A stretch of 64,000 nt of DNA, from NCBI GenBank assembly GCA_947311435.1, contig CAMZKT010000029.1, positions 382-64,381 of the forward strand. The letters run 5' to 3'. How positions within the stretch are numbered: position 1 is the first letter of the stretch; each line of letters begins with the position of its first letter. Of the stretch, positions 1 through 10,916 are shown in pieces. This DNA comes from an uncultured Desulfocapsa sp. GTDB lineage: Bacteria > Desulfobacterota > Desulfobulbia > Desulfobulbales > Desulfocapsaceae. Made by a program: the position numbers and the translations under genes. Below the pieces are notes generated by a model. The model made no database searches. It saw only the letters and a list, made by a program, of their open reading frames with translations, and had not been told where the DNA came from.

Positions 1-2
1 AG

Positions 3-1454
3 ATTTCCTGTTCAAAGAAAACCATTCTCGCTTATTTCTCTCAAGAAGTTGGAGAGATGAGTGGACGTTCTGCACTTGAAGAAACCATGTCTGCCATGAC
101 CACTGTAGTTGATCTGGCTCGTGACATTCAGGAAATGGAAGCCGCCATGGCAGAGCCCATGGCAGATGATAAATTGGCAACTCTTCTTGAACGTTACGGT
201 AATGCCCAGGAAGAGTTTGAACACCGGGGCGGTTACGACCTTGAGAGTCGTGCACAGGCGGTACTTACAGGGCTCGGCATTGGCCCAGACGAATATCACC
301 TCCCCGTTGAATCATTCAGTGGCGGCTGGAAAATGCGTATTGCTCTTGCCCGAATTCTCACCATCAATCCCGATGTTCTACTTCTTGATGAACCTACAAA
401 CCATCTTGATATGGAGTCCATTCTCTGGCTTGAAGATTGGCTGAAAAACGATTTCAAAGGTGCTCTTCTCATGACCAGCCATGACCGCGCCTTTATGAAT
501 TCCATTGTAAGCAAAATAGTAGAAGTTGCCAACAAAACACTTACAAGCTATGGCGGAAACTATGATTTTTACCTCCATGAGCGCCAGATTCGCCGAGACA
601 ACCTTCTTGCCAGTTATCGTCGTCAACAGGAAATGCTTGCCAAAGAAAAAGACTTCATAGCCCGTTTTGCTTCCCGTGTTTCCCATGCAGCTCAGGTGCA
701 ATCACGAATCAAGAAACTGGAAAAAATCGAACGTATTGAATTACCACCTGAACAAAAAAGAATACGTTTTGAATGTAACGACGTTCCCCGCAGTGGTGAT
801 GATGTTGCGGCCATGAACAATCTTGCAAAGCACTGGATACTTGAAGATCAGAGTAAAAAAGAGGTGTTCAGTGGTGTCACCGGAATGATAAGACGCCAGG
901 AAAAAGTCGCTGTCGTGGGAGTAAACGGTGCAGGAAAGTCATCATTTTTAAAGGTACTTGCCGGTAAAACAGATGCAAGTGCAGGAACCGTAAAACTTGG
1001 CGCCAAGGTTGCAGTGGGATACTTCAGCCAACATTCCATGGATATACTGGATAGCAAACAAACTGTCTTTGACACAATTCAAAATGCCATGCCTCAGGCA
1101 CATATTGGCACGGTTCGCAATATTTGTGCAGCATTTCTCTTTCGGGGCGATGAGGCTGACAAGCGAATTTCGCTTCTCTCGGGCGGCGAGAAAAGCCGTG
1201 TCGTTCTTGCGACGCTTCTGGCACGACCTTACAATCTTCTCATTCTTGATGAGCCAACCAACCACTTGGATATGCTATCACGGGAAATCTTGCTTGAAGC
1301 TCTCAAAAAATACAAAGGAACTGTGGTTTTAGTGAGTCATGATCGACACTTTCTCCACTCACTGGTTGACCGCGTCATGGAAATTGACCACGGTGAAATG
1401 CGAATCTACGATGGTGATTACAAATATTATTTACGCAAATCTGCACTGCTCTAA
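3..1454 (+). CDS. ABC-F family ATP-binding protein (5'-partial, starts before window)
   Basis: Two ABC domains (FSGGWKMR...LLLDEPTNHLD; GVNGAGKS...LSGGEK...DEPTNHLD) and no TM segments. The frame is open from base 3 upstream of the ATG at 57. Confidence 0.92.
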   Translation: MSCSKKTILAYFSQEVGEMSGRSALEETMSAMTTVVDLARDIQEMEAAMAEPMADDKLATLLERYGNAQEEFEHRGGYDLESRAQAVLTGLGIGPDEYHLPVESFSGGWKMRIALARILTINPDVLLLDEPTNHLDMESILWLEDWLKNDFKGALLMTSHDRAFMNSIVSKIVEVANKTLTSYGGNYDFYLHERQIRRDNLLASYRRQQEMLAKEKDFIARFASRVSHAAQVQSRIKKLEKIERIELPPEQKRIRFECNDVPRSGDDVAAMNNLAKHWILEDQSKKEVFSGVTGMIRRQEKVAVVGVNGAGKSSFLKVLAGKTDASAGTVKLGAKVAVGYFSQHSMDILDSKQTVFDTIQNAMPQAHIGTVRNICAAFLFRGDEADKRISLLSGGEKSRVVLATLLARPYNLLILDEPTNHLDMLSREILLEALKKYKGTVVLVSHDRHFLHSLVDRVMEIDHGEMRIYDGDYKYYLRKSALL

Positions 1455-1609
1455 AATGCGAAATAACAGCTGCCACCATTGTAGCTCGTGCTGGTTTGAT
1501 GTATCATATATCATCATCATTAAATTGCAGGATTGAGGGTTCAATCAACTCTTCAATGGCGGCCAGACATTTGAGGAGTTACTGTAAAAACGATTCTTCC
1601 ACAATACAA

Positions 1610-2647
1610 ATGACAGAACTTCCAGACAACTATTCCGGGCGGATTCTCACAGGTGCTTTTACCCCCACTTTAAAAAAGCGCACCCACTCTGTGATTCAGG
1701 ACTCCAACACTTTCGACAAATACAACTTTCCGATTATGCCTTATATTACCGCATGGAACCAGGAAGACAACAGCATCTGGTTTGAATTCGTTGGCCAGCA
1801 ACTTATCGACCTCCTTGATACAAATATGGCCGAAGTCTCTCAGGCTTTCAGAGACTCCATTCAAAACCAGCGAATTTTCCATTATACAGATTTGTCACAG
1901 TCAAAGGTGGAAGAAGAGATAATAACTCAGCAACAGATTTCCAGAAAACGTCAAGGTCTCAGGGAAAATGTATTAAGAAACAAACAGGTGGAAGCAGTGT
2001 ATCATATGCTTTTACCTTCAGGAAAAACCATATGGCTCAAAGACAGGGGGTGCGTGGAACATTACCCCCAGGACAACATTACATTAACCTATGGTTCCCT
2101 CACCGATGTCAGCAAGGAAATGGAGCAGAAAGCGCTCCTTGAACAGATCGGATATTTTGACGACCTTACCGGATTGCCCAAAAGAATCATAATGAAAAAA
2201 CTCTTTGAAGTGCGCATCGGTGAAAGACAAAGGGGATACATTGATGACTTCTCTGTCCTCATGATAGACATCGACTATTTTAAATCGGTGAATGACACCT
2301 ACGGCCATCAAATGGGTGATTTTGTTCTTAAAGAGCTTGCCTCACAAATGCTTTCATTAAAACGAGTAGAAGAAGATATTGGCCGCTATGGTGGAGAAGA
2401 GTTTTACGGAATTAGCCGAGGCAACATTCAAAGTGGTGTAAAATTTGCGGAACGAATACGGCAAAGCATAAAAAAACACTGTTTTTCCTGTAGAGGAAAC
2501 GATCTTTACATTACCATATCCATAGGCGTCGCCTCTACAAATGAGATGGATGAAGTTTCAATGGATAAATTACTTGCCCTGGCAGACAAACGCCTGTATC
2601 AGGCAAAGCGTGAGGGAAGAGATAACGTAAGAGGCGGCTTGTCCTGA
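1610..2647 (+). CDS. Diguanylate cyclase with N-terminal PAS-like region
   Basis: DDLTGL, IDIDYFKSVNDTYGH..GD, GRYGGEEF, ADKRLYQAK. Start taken at ATG 1610; the ORF opens at 1496. Confidence 0.9.
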   Translation: MTELPDNYSGRILTGAFTPTLKKRTHSVIQDSNTFDKYNFPIMPYITAWNQEDNSIWFEFVGQQLIDLLDTNMAEVSQAFRDSIQNQRIFHYTDLSQSKVEEEIITQQQISRKRQGLRENVLRNKQVEAVYHMLLPSGKTIWLKDRGCVEHYPQDNITLTYGSLTDVSKEMEQKALLEQIGYFDDLTGLPKRIIMKKLFEVRIGERQRGYIDDFSVLMIDIDYFKSVNDTYGHQMGDFVLKELASQMLSLKRVEEDIGRYGGEEFYGISRGNIQSGVKFAERIRQSIKKHCFSCRGNDLYITISIGVASTNEMDEVSMDKLLALADKRLYQAKREGRDNVRGGLS

Positions 2648-2650
2648 TTT

Positions 2651-3739
2651 TTATTCCTCGGTACTCCGTATGGCAGCCTCTCCGCCTTGACGTCTCCGTA
2701 AAGAGTTTACTTTCTCAACGATTACTTGTGCCCGCTCAATTTTACTTTTCACCGCTTCATTGCCCTGCTCAAGCTCTTGAATGGCCTGCCATACCTTAAT
2801 TGCCTGTTCGTATTGTCCGGAGCGGTAAAATGAATCTCCCACAGCGAGCTCTTTTTGTACATATGTGCTGATGTCCCTGTCCAAGCGTTCCTGCATTAGC
2901 TTAGCTGCCATGCTTTCCCGCATTGTTGGAGTCAGTAGGGAAAGCTGGCGACGCGCCCCAGAGAAGTCGCCCTGGGTCATGGCCTTATTATAAGCCTCTA
3001 TTCTTTTTTTATCTTTTTTCCTGGAAATTTCTTTTTTATTTTTCTGCTTTTTCTGAGTTCCCGCCTTCAATCTGGTATTTAAATGCTTCAGGGCCGTTTT
3101 GGCCTCCAGGTCTGGTGCAAGCTTCACGACCAGAGGAAGAATTCGACCAGCCATGGTAAACTTTTTTTCCTCAAGCATGCTCTTTCCATACTCCAACAAG
3201 TGCTGAGCAACTTCTTTTGTTTCATTTCGGGCACGAGAATATCGTTGTTGTATTGCAGGATCATCGGGATCCAAGTCGTGAAGCTGCTGTAAAAGAGGCA
3301 GTTTCTTGTGCAAAAGCTCACCGGTTACAATTAACTCTTCAAGCTCCAGACCATTTTTCTTTACCTGAAACCATTCAAGCAGTGCCTGTTCTGCCAGTTC
3401 AAGTTTCTGAGACGGACCACTTTTCTCCAGAGCCCTTTTGTAACTTAGCCTGGCAGCAGACCACTCACCGGCCCGCTCCTGTTTACGGGCAAGGGAAATA
3501 CTTTCTATCTCGTATGCCCTTTGAGCATTGAGAACCTGTTTCCGTTTTTTCTCAAGTTCCACAGCCTGCGGGTGATCGACGGGAGTCTCTGAAAGAAGAC
3601 GAAGTGCCTGTCCGAACTCCTGCTTGTTTACATAATTATTTAGCGTTTCCAAACGATCCGCTTCCAGTCGCGAGGAGCCCAACTGAGCACACCCCTGAAA
3701 AAGCAGAAAAATAAGGGAAAATATAATATAGTGTTTCAT
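2651..3739 (-). CDS. TPR-containing putative lipoprotein
   Basis: Lipobox-like LFQGC after a hydrophobic N-terminus; helical TPR-like repeats (GDSFYRSGQYEQAIKVW). Confidence 0.7.
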   Translation of the reverse strand: MKHYIIFSLIFLLFQGCAQLGSSRLEADRLETLNNYVNKQEFGQALRLLSETPVDHPQAVELEKKRKQVLNAQRAYEIESISLARKQERAGEWSAARLSYKRALEKSGPSQKLELAEQALLEWFQVKKNGLELEELIVTGELLHKKLPLLQQLHDLDPDDPAIQQRYSRARNETKEVAQHLLEYGKSMLEEKKFTMAGRILPLVVKLAPDLEAKTALKHLNTRLKAGTQKKQKNKKEISRKKDKKRIEAYNKAMTQGDFSGARRQLSLLTPTMRESMAAKLMQERLDRDISTYVQKELAVGDSFYRSGQYEQAIKVWQAIQELEQGNEAVKSKIERAQVIVEKVNSLRRRQGGEAAIRSTEE

Positions 3740-3746
3740 AAGAATA

Positions 3747-5201
3747 TTAGTGAACCAAATCAGAAGCTGTCATCCCAACGAGTTCAGTTGCAGCCACCTC
3801 TTGTTCAGGGTACTTGATTTCCCATATCTCAACAGGATCCGATTTTCCACGCAGTCGAATAGTCCGAACAAGCCCGGTTGAGTAATGCCGACCCAACTGC
3901 AAAGAGTCATGCAGATCACGGGTAACAAGTATCTGGCTAGCACTTGCAAGGGATGAAAGACGTGCCGCAAGGTTCACCGCATCACCAATAACTGTGTATT
4001 CCATTCGCCTCTCCGAACCCATGTTACCTGCCAGCATCACGCCGGAATTAATAGCAACACTAAACTTCACCACAATCATTCCCATATCAACCCGTTGAAG
4101 ATTATACTTCTCGATGGCTCTCTGAATCTCAAGTGCGCAGCGAATACCATTCATACCATGTTCATCATCATGATTGGGGGCACCAAAAAGAATCATGGCA
4201 CAATCACCGATATATTTATCAATATGTCCCTTATGTTCTCCTGCAATCCTATCTATAAGAGTAAAGTAATCGTTCAATAATTTATTGAGCCCCTCCGGTT
4301 CAAGTTTTTCACTCAACCGGGTAAAACCGGCAATATCCGCATAGAGCACCGTAGCCTGTACATAACTCCCACCAAGCCCGCTTTTCACTTCGTCCATAAC
4401 AGTGGTTGCCACGTCATGAGAAACATAGCGGGAAAAGGTTTGCTCCACCTGTTCTTTCCGGGAAAGTCCCTCTGTCATCGTATTCAGGGAGCGCATAAGC
4501 TGTCCAAGTTCATCTTTGCGATAATCCTTAAAGCGAAAATCATAATTACCCTGAGAAATCTCCCAGGTTCCAGCCACAAGTTGCTGTACCGGGCGGGATA
4601 AACGCCTGCCAATAAAAATAGCAACAATAATGCCCAGAGTAACCATCAGAGCAGTAATCAACAGGATTGTCCGCAATGTATCGCCGTAGGCAGCCCCCAT
4701 AAAGGAACGGTCAAAGGTGAGGACACAATAGCCCACGGTTAAATCCTGAAAAGTGATTTTGCTGACATACGAACTAAGATCAACATTTTCCCCACCACCC
4801 AATGACCAGTTCAAAGGATCATCAGCAAGGACATCCACGGGATTTTCACGGGGGAGAACCCCTATACTGGAAAGCAGTACCGATTGATCGGAGTAAACGG
4901 AAACCCCTTCTATCCCCTCTTTGTAACCAAGATTCGAGATCAATTGTTCCACAGCCTGAAGGTCTCCTGCCAGAACAGGTTCCAGTACCACAACAGCCAA
5001 CTGATCGCCCAGTGCCGCTGCATAGGCATCTGCCTGTTGAATAAAAATACGACTTTGATTACCAAGGATAAAAAGGCTCAACAGTCCCATTCCCGTAATA
5101 ATGACAACAGTCATTATTAATGCAATTTTGACTGCGATTGACGAGGCAGCAGCTTCGGTTCGAAACAAAGTAAGACTTGTCTTTTTTCTTTCTTTTTTCA
5201 T
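3747..5201 (-). CDS. Membrane class III adenylate/guanylate cyclase with HAMP domain
   Basis: Two TM helices, HAMP (DELGQLMRSLNTM), catalytic motifs LYADIAGFT, DKYIGDC, YTVIGDAVNLAARL. Confidence 0.9.
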   Translation of the reverse strand: MKKERKKTSLTLFRTEAAASSIAVKIALIMTVVIITGMGLLSLFILGNQSRIFIQQADAYAAALGDQLAVVVLEPVLAGDLQAVEQLISNLGYKEGIEGVSVYSDQSVLLSSIGVLPRENPVDVLADDPLNWSLGGGENVDLSSYVSKITFQDLTVGYCVLTFDRSFMGAAYGDTLRTILLITALMVTLGIIVAIFIGRRLSRPVQQLVAGTWEISQGNYDFRFKDYRKDELGQLMRSLNTMTEGLSRKEQVEQTFSRYVSHDVATTVMDEVKSGLGGSYVQATVLYADIAGFTRLSEKLEPEGLNKLLNDYFTLIDRIAGEHKGHIDKYIGDCAMILFGAPNHDDEHGMNGIRCALEIQRAIEKYNLQRVDMGMIVVKFSVAINSGVMLAGNMGSERRMEYTVIGDAVNLAARLSSLASASQILVTRDLHDSLQLGRHYSTGLVRTIRLRGKSDPVEIWEIKYPEQEVAATELVGMTASDLVH

Positions 5202-5490
5202 ATTATCTCAATTCGGTGGGACGTTTTTTGTATCCGTAGAATTACCACCTTGTTCGACCACTTCTATGGTACTGCAACTTTAACCACGCAACCAGTAAAG
5301 ACGCATCCGCAGGTAGAGATTTCAATATAAAACAGGAGAATTCTCCTTAACAGGCCATTCTTTGTTGTCCTCATTCTTTGTTCATTGTACTCTTACTGAT
5401 CACGAAACACCGCACACCATACTCTGTGAACAATTATATTGTATCTCTATACATCACTCACTACCAGATAAAAAACAGCCCCAGACAATC

Positions 5491-6267
5491 ATGGACAAAA
5501 TAGTATACAAAAACAACTGTTATCAAACCCCGCCAGACACAGGTACCTTTTGGGCTAAGAAGTTCCCGTCCGTTTCTTTTTATGTACATTTTCTGACAAA
5601 TATTTATTTTTCCAGCAGAATGGCCAGACACGGAAAATACAACAAGGAGGCATGGCGCCTTTCGAGCTTAAATGTTCTTCGCGCTCTTGAACGAACCGGA
5701 CTCAAAGTATCAATTAGCGGCATTGAGTACCTTCAGACACTGAAAACTCCCTGTGTAATAGTTGCCAATCATATGAGTATGATGGATACCGTGGTCATCC
5801 CGGCTATTGTCGCCCAGGAAATACCAGTTACATTTATAATCAAAGAAAGCCTTATGCATTACCCGGTATTCAAGCATATCATGCAGTCACAGAACCCCAT
5901 TGCACTCGGCAGAACAAATCCACGAGAAGACCTGAAAAAAGTATTTGGCGAAGGACAAAAACGCCTGGAACTGGGGATATCTGTTACTGTTTTTCCGCAG
6001 ACCACAAGAGGGACACACTTTGACTCAAAACAATTCAACAGCATCGGGGTAAAACTTGCCCAGAAAGCAGGCGTTCCTGTTCTTCCCCTTGCCCTGAAAA
6101 CAGATGCCTGGACAAATGGCAAAGTCATCAAGGATCTCGGACAAATCCATCCCGAGATACCAGCTCACTTCGCCTTTGATTCACCCGTCATGGCAGAAGG
6201 AAATGGAAAGGGAGCTCAGCAACAGATAACAGGATTTATCAAGCAAAAACTCAAGGAATGGCAATAG
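5491..6267 (+). CDS. Lysophospholipid (1-acyl-sn-glycerol-3-phosphate) acyltransferase family protein
   Basis: NHMSMMD (NHxxxxD), IIKESL and FPQTTR motifs of the PlsC family. Confidence 0.85.
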   Translation: MDKIVYKNNCYQTPPDTGTFWAKKFPSVSFYVHFLTNIYFSSRMARHGKYNKEAWRLSSLNVLRALERTGLKVSISGIEYLQTLKTPCVIVANHMSMMDTVVIPAIVAQEIPVTFIIKESLMHYPVFKHIMQSQNPIALGRTNPREDLKKVFGEGQKRLELGISVTVFPQTTRGTHFDSKQFNSIGVKLAQKAGVPVLPLALKTDAWTNGKVIKDLGQIHPEIPAHFAFDSPVMAEGNGKGAQQQITGFIKQKLKEWQ

Positions 6268-7009
6268 GCTCAAAAGCATCAACTGAAAGCCAGCCCTTAC
6301 GTCCGGACTCATCCACCACTAGCACAAAACCGTTATGTTCTTTCCCCGGACGAAGCAGACGTCCCTCCTGAATACTTCCTATGGGGACTGCAGTCGCAAA
6401 AGGTGAAACTCTGAGTCGTGCATCGCCTGCCACCACAACACCATCGTACCAGTGTTGATACTGGCCGACCACTCCCGCAAATGTCGTCACAGTAAGAATA
6501 CAGAAGAGAAACGCCAATCCTCGGCGAAATGAGCTTTTCAAAGGTACACCACTGGGAAGCAGCAAAATAGCAGCAAAAAAAGTCATGAAAACAGTGTTTA
6601 CTGCAACCCACTGGTTCAAGCTCAACAGTGTCACAAAGCCTTGCAGAAAACTTCGTTCCTCCTGAAAGAGCCCCTTTTCTTTTCGTATATGTTCCAGATT
6701 CCCCTGGGTATCAGAGTCTCCCGGCGCCAGACGCAATGCCCGCTCATAGTTCAGGATAGCTTTTCCTGTTTGTCCCGCCTGTGCGTAACTGTTCGCCAGA
6801 TTGTACAAAAGAGGTGCAGAGAGTCCGTCGGCTGCCAACGACTCAAACTTTTCAATGGCCGCCCGATAGTCTCCACGACTGTAGGCGGTCATGCCATCCT
6901 CAAACACACTCTGCCGTGTCTGATCTCCTGTAGCCGCGAAAACATGCTGACTGCAAAACAGCAGTAAACAGGCAAAAACCAAGGTGCATACTTTTGCCAT
7001 CAATTTCAT
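6251..7009 (-). CDS. batE: BatE-like TPR/SH3 membrane protein
   Basis: TPR (YNLANSYAQAGQTGKAILNYERALRLAP), two TM helices, SH3-like C-terminus ending GWL; last gene of the Bat operon. Confidence 0.75.
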   Translation of the reverse strand: MKLMAKVCTLVFACLLLFCSQHVFAATGDQTRQSVFEDGMTAYSRGDYRAAIEKFESLAADGLSAPLLYNLANSYAQAGQTGKAILNYERALRLAPGDSDTQGNLEHIRKEKGLFQEERSFLQGFVTLLSLNQWVAVNTVFMTFFAAILLLPSGVPLKSSFRRGLAFLFCILTVTTFAGVVGQYQHWYDGVVVAGDARLRVSPFATAVPIGSIQEGRLLRPGKEHNGFVLVVDESGRKGWLSVDAFEPIAIP

Positions 7010-8892
7010 ATCAACGTTTCCAGTTCTGTTTTTAGACGATCAAAAAAATCCTGCATTTCCTGTTGACTCAAACTCTGCCCACCATAGGCACTTTCATCGG
7101 CTGCCCGAAACACCACAGGCAGGATTGAATCCTCCGGCAGTCGCCTTTTTAAATCCGCATGGGTTATTGCAGCCGACTGGACACCCCAAGCCAGGCCAAG
7201 CTGCTCTCGTATGGTTTTCTGGCTTTTTTCCAGAAAAGCTTTTGCGTTCTTTTTCGCGAGACATGTATTCATCTCCCTGACACCCTGCTCGAATAAGGCT
7301 TTCATTTCCCGATCACGTTGTAACCGGGGATTGTTGGCATATCGTGCCGCACGGATTTTGACGATCATAATTGTAGCAAGCAGAAGAAGCAGCAGCAAAG
7401 CCACGAGTTGAAACCACATTTTAGTAAACAGAGGTGTAAGTCTTTGATCCATATCACCAGAAACATGTTGCAGCGGCGCAAGCCCCTCCAGGGGAGCTTT
7501 TACTGCGGCGTCACGAATCACGGTTTTCTGCCGTTCAGCCTCTGTTCTCGGAACCATTTGAGGCACCGGTGCAGGCTCAATCTTCCCCATCCCCCCCTCT
7601 TTGAACACCACAGGAATGGGGTTGGAGCTGAGGGTTTTATAAGCACCGGCAGCCGAATCAAAATAACTGAACTCGATGACAGGAATCTCCTTCATGCTAA
7701 GGTCTTTGGCAACAATTGCCTGCTCAAACACCTTTTTCCCCTGGCCCGGCCCACCATCTTTTAACAACTCAGATGAAGGCGTATAGGTCTTCCAGCCTTT
7801 TTCAGAACGTAATTTCGGTGCCTGTACCCGATCGAAATTCCCCTGCCCGCTTACAATCATGGTTAAGGTTATGGGATCACCGGGACTCAGCTCAACAGGA
7901 TCTGCGGAAACAGACAACTCAAATTCGCCAATGGCGCCACTGAAATTGTCAGGCTGTCCCTGCTCTGGCAGAGGAGCCACTGTGAGTCGTTGAACCGGGC
8001 TTGCCACTTCTACATTTTTCTCCCGATAAGAAGAAAAGAAACTGTTAAAGAAGGGATCGTTAAACATGGAACTCCCGCCAAAGGAAGATCCACGCCGCTG
8101 TTCCGGCAGGAGAAGTGTCGCTGCAATCTCTATGCTGATATCATGTGAACCTTCTTTAATACCGGACAGAGCAGACTCCCAGGTCAGAACCGAATAGATC
8201 GTATTGTTTACCCCTTCCCTGCTTCGTACAGGTTCTCGCTCCAGTTGCTGCAACACATACCCTTCCCCATGCAGCTGAGGGAGGCTGTTCAGATTGGCCT
8301 TTATTCCTTCACGAAAGAAAATCTGTATCTTTACAGGGACAATCTCGCCGGGATAGCTCGTTTCTTTGGCAGGGGTTACCCGAAGAAAGGCAAGCTTTTC
8401 CGCCTCCCCCGAGCGGAGCCTGGTGGCCGGTGCAGCCCCCGTGACCGTCTGCCGGGAAATGGCCGATGACTGAGAGCCTGTTACTTCAAGGCGTATCGGT
8501 CGGGTTGCACCTTCTCCATCTTTACTGCTTACCTGAATGGGTGGAATAGTAAACGTACCACTACGTTCTGCCTGAACAAGATAGCTAAGAGTCACTGAAG
8601 ATGATAAGGTTCCGTTGATAAATTCCATCTGCGTGGACTGGCCACGCTGGTGAAATATCAGCCCATCCACTTCAGGGAGCTGTGGTTGAAATGATCGACT
8701 GCCCTTGACCGTTATGTTCAACGCCGCGGCACGATCGAGCGGGAAACTCCTTGGGCTCAGTGTTGCAGACACATCGATTGCTGCCTGTAATGGTACTACA
8801 CTCACAAACATAAAAAGAAGCAGTCCCACAAAGAACAATAACCCCGGGAAAACTCCCCTTTCCTGATTTCGTCTTTGATTTCCAGTTTTCAT
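7006..8892 (-). CDS. batD: BatD family protein
   Basis: GQSTQMEFING, GTFTIPPI, FSGAIGEF, GDPITL..GQGN repeats; C-terminal TM; operon context. Confidence 0.85.
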   Translation of the reverse strand: MKTGNQRRNQERGVFPGLLFFVGLLLFMFVSVVPLQAAIDVSATLSPRSFPLDRAAALNITVKGSRSFQPQLPEVDGLIFHQRGQSTQMEFINGTLSSSVTLSYLVQAERSGTFTIPPIQVSSKDGEGATRPIRLEVTGSQSSAISRQTVTGAAPATRLRSGEAEKLAFLRVTPAKETSYPGEIVPVKIQIFFREGIKANLNSLPQLHGEGYVLQQLEREPVRSREGVNNTIYSVLTWESALSGIKEGSHDISIEIAATLLLPEQRRGSSFGGSSMFNDPFFNSFFSSYREKNVEVASPVQRLTVAPLPEQGQPDNFSGAIGEFELSVSADPVELSPGDPITLTMIVSGQGNFDRVQAPKLRSEKGWKTYTPSSELLKDGGPGQGKKVFEQAIVAKDLSMKEIPVIEFSYFDSAAGAYKTLSSNPIPVVFKEGGMGKIEPAPVPQMVPRTEAERQKTVIRDAAVKAPLEGLAPLQHVSGDMDQRLTPLFTKMWFQLVALLLLLLLATIMIVKIRAARYANNPRLQRDREMKALFEQGVREMNTCLAKKNAKAFLEKSQKTIREQLGLAWGVQSAAITHADLKRRLPEDSILPVVFRAADESAYGGQSLSQQEMQDFFDRLKTELETLI

Positions 8893-10916
8893 TACCAATC
8901 CTTTGCTGTGTCCCTTTCGTTACTTCCACTCGCTACCGGGACAAAATTCAATTCACCTTCCTGGTCTTTCAGACTGTTTAAGAGCTGTGTTGCCTCTTCG
9001 CTGGTCATTTTTCCCTGAATCCTTCTCTGCAGATCCCGAGCTTCTCGTTCCTGCTCTTCCTGTTGCGCCTGTTGGACCTGTTGAGCCTGCTGCTGAGAGT
9101 CCTCGGTCTGTTGACTTCCTTCCTGTCCTGGAACGTCATTCTGCTCATTTTCCTGATCAGCCGAGGCATCCTTCTTCTGTTCCTGCCCGCCATTTTCCCC
9201 ACTGTTCTGATCTTTTTGCTCCCCTTCACCACCCTTAGCGGACGAATCCTGGTTGCTGTTTTCCTGTTCCTGCCCTTGCTGGTTCTGCCCCTGCTGGTCC
9301 TTCGGCTCACCTTTTTGTTTTTCACCCTGCTGCTGATCTTTGTTTTCGTCTTGGTTCTGCTGTTCCTCGTCATTCGTCTTCTTATTTTTCTTTTCCTGTT
9401 CTTTCTGCTGCTTCTTCAACTCTTCGAGTTTCTTTTTCACAAAGTTGAAGTTAGAGCTTGCATCATCATTCAACGAATTCAACTGTAAGGCACCATCGTA
9501 GGAGGCAACAGCCTCTTCCCACAACTTCATTGTGTGCTGTGGATCAGTCTGCAAACTCTCATTTCCTCGTTGAAACAACGCATTCCCTCGATTGTAATAC
9601 GCTTTTTCCTGCAAGCTGAGATCGTCACTTTTCAATGCCTCGGAAAATGACTTTGCCGCATCCTCAAACATATTGTTTTTATAGGCTGTTGTTCCATAGT
9701 TATAGTGTAATTTCGGATCGTTCGGTTTTTCCTGCAAAAGCTCATCATAATACGCTCCCGCGGAAAGATAATCACCTTCCCTGTAGGAATCCTCTCCTTC
9801 TGAAGCATCAACTTTTGTTGTGGAAACAGTCAAAAGAAGACACAAGAGCAGAAGAGCAGCCGCTTTCTCTTTTTTTCTGCGACCTGCTGTTTTAATAAAA
9901 GGCAGCCGCAGGCTTCGGGAGGATTTTCTCCCCACCACCAGAAACTCCAGCATGAGCAAAACAATGGCAGCCCCAAGAGGCCAGGCAAAACGATCCAAAG
10001 CCACCTTATGACGTTTTTCCGCCAACTCTTCCTTGGGGATGAGTGAAAGTTTTTCCTCATAAACAGTCTGCAATCCTTCGCCTCCAACACCAAGCGGAAC
10101 AAACAGACCGCCCGTTATGTCAGCAATTTCTGTAAGAGTGCTTTCGTCAAGCCTGGAAGTGATAAACTTTCCTGTTTCATCTTTGACAAATCCAGCCTTT
10201 CCATTTCGATTCAACGGAATAAGCTCCCCATCACGAGTTCCCACACCCACGGTATAAATGGTCACCCCCTGTTCTGCTGCCGCCCTCGCAGCCTGCAAGG
10301 CATCACCTTCAAGATTTTCACCATCGGTGATTAATACAAGAATCTTATGATTTGCTTCATTGCTGAGAACTCTCTCGGCTTCTGCAAGGGCTTTTCCAAT
10401 ATCAGTGCCACCACGGGGAATAATCGTCGTATCCACCGCCTGTAAAGAACTTTCAAAAGCATTGTAATCAATGGTCATTGGACACATAAGATATGCTGAT
10501 CCAGCAAAAGGCATCAAGCCCACCCGATCCCCTTCCAATTGGTTCACAAAATCCATAATGGCAAACTTGGCACGCTTTAAGCGGTTTGGCCTGACATCCT
10601 CAGCCAACATGCTTTTAGAGGTATCAAGGGCGAACAATATATCTATTCCCTTGCGCTTTACATCCACCCATTTGAACCCGTATTGAGGCCTGGCAAGTGC
10701 TACAAAACAGCAGAAAACAGCCGCGATCAGCAGGATTTTTTTCAACAACCTGCGTTGCGGCGAAACCGAAGCACAGAGTTTTCCCAGCAAATGCGAGGCC
10801 GCAAAGCGTTGTAGTTTTTTCTCACGCATGCGCTGCATCTTTGCATACAGCAGGATCAACAGAACAACAGCAACTGCCCCGACAATAAGCCATAGAGGAT
10901 TTGCAAATGTAATCAT
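8892..10916 (-). CDS. VWA + TPR protein (BatB-BatC fusion)
   Basis: MIDAS DTSKSM, PNRL, ITDGE, then TM, TPRs (YNRGNALF), Q/E/K-rich linker and KDW terminus. Confidence 0.88.
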   Translation of the reverse strand: MITFANPLWLIVGAVAVVLLILLYAKMQRMREKKLQRFAASHLLGKLCASVSPQRRLLKKILLIAAVFCCFVALARPQYGFKWVDVKRKGIDILFALDTSKSMLAEDVRPNRLKRAKFAIMDFVNQLEGDRVGLMPFAGSAYLMCPMTIDYNAFESSLQAVDTTIIPRGGTDIGKALAEAERVLSNEANHKILVLITDGENLEGDALQAARAAAEQGVTIYTVGVGTRDGELIPLNRNGKAGFVKDETGKFITSRLDESTLTEIADITGGLFVPLGVGGEGLQTVYEEKLSLIPKEELAEKRHKVALDRFAWPLGAAIVLLMLEFLVVGRKSSRSLRLPFIKTAGRRKKEKAAALLLLCLLLTVSTTKVDASEGEDSYREGDYLSAGAYYDELLQEKPNDPKLHYNYGTTAYKNNMFEDAAKSFSEALKSDDLSLQEKAYYNRGNALFQRGNESLQTDPQHTMKLWEEAVASYDGALQLNSLNDDASSNFNFVKKKLEELKKQQKEQEKKNKKTNDEEQQNQDENKDQQQGEKQKGEPKDQQGQNQQGQEQENSNQDSSAKGGEGEQKDQNSGENGGQEQKKDASADQENEQNDVPGQEGSQQTEDSQQQAQQVQQAQQEEQEREARDLQRRIQGKMTSEEATQLLNSLKDQEGELNFVPVASGSNERDTAKDW

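Noticed and set aside
9030-9430. Repetitive CTG/TTC-rich tract and overlapping Leu/Phe-rich ORF 9063-9488
   Set aside because: It is the antisense of the Q/E/K-rich linker of the BatB-BatC protein, not an array or a separate gene.
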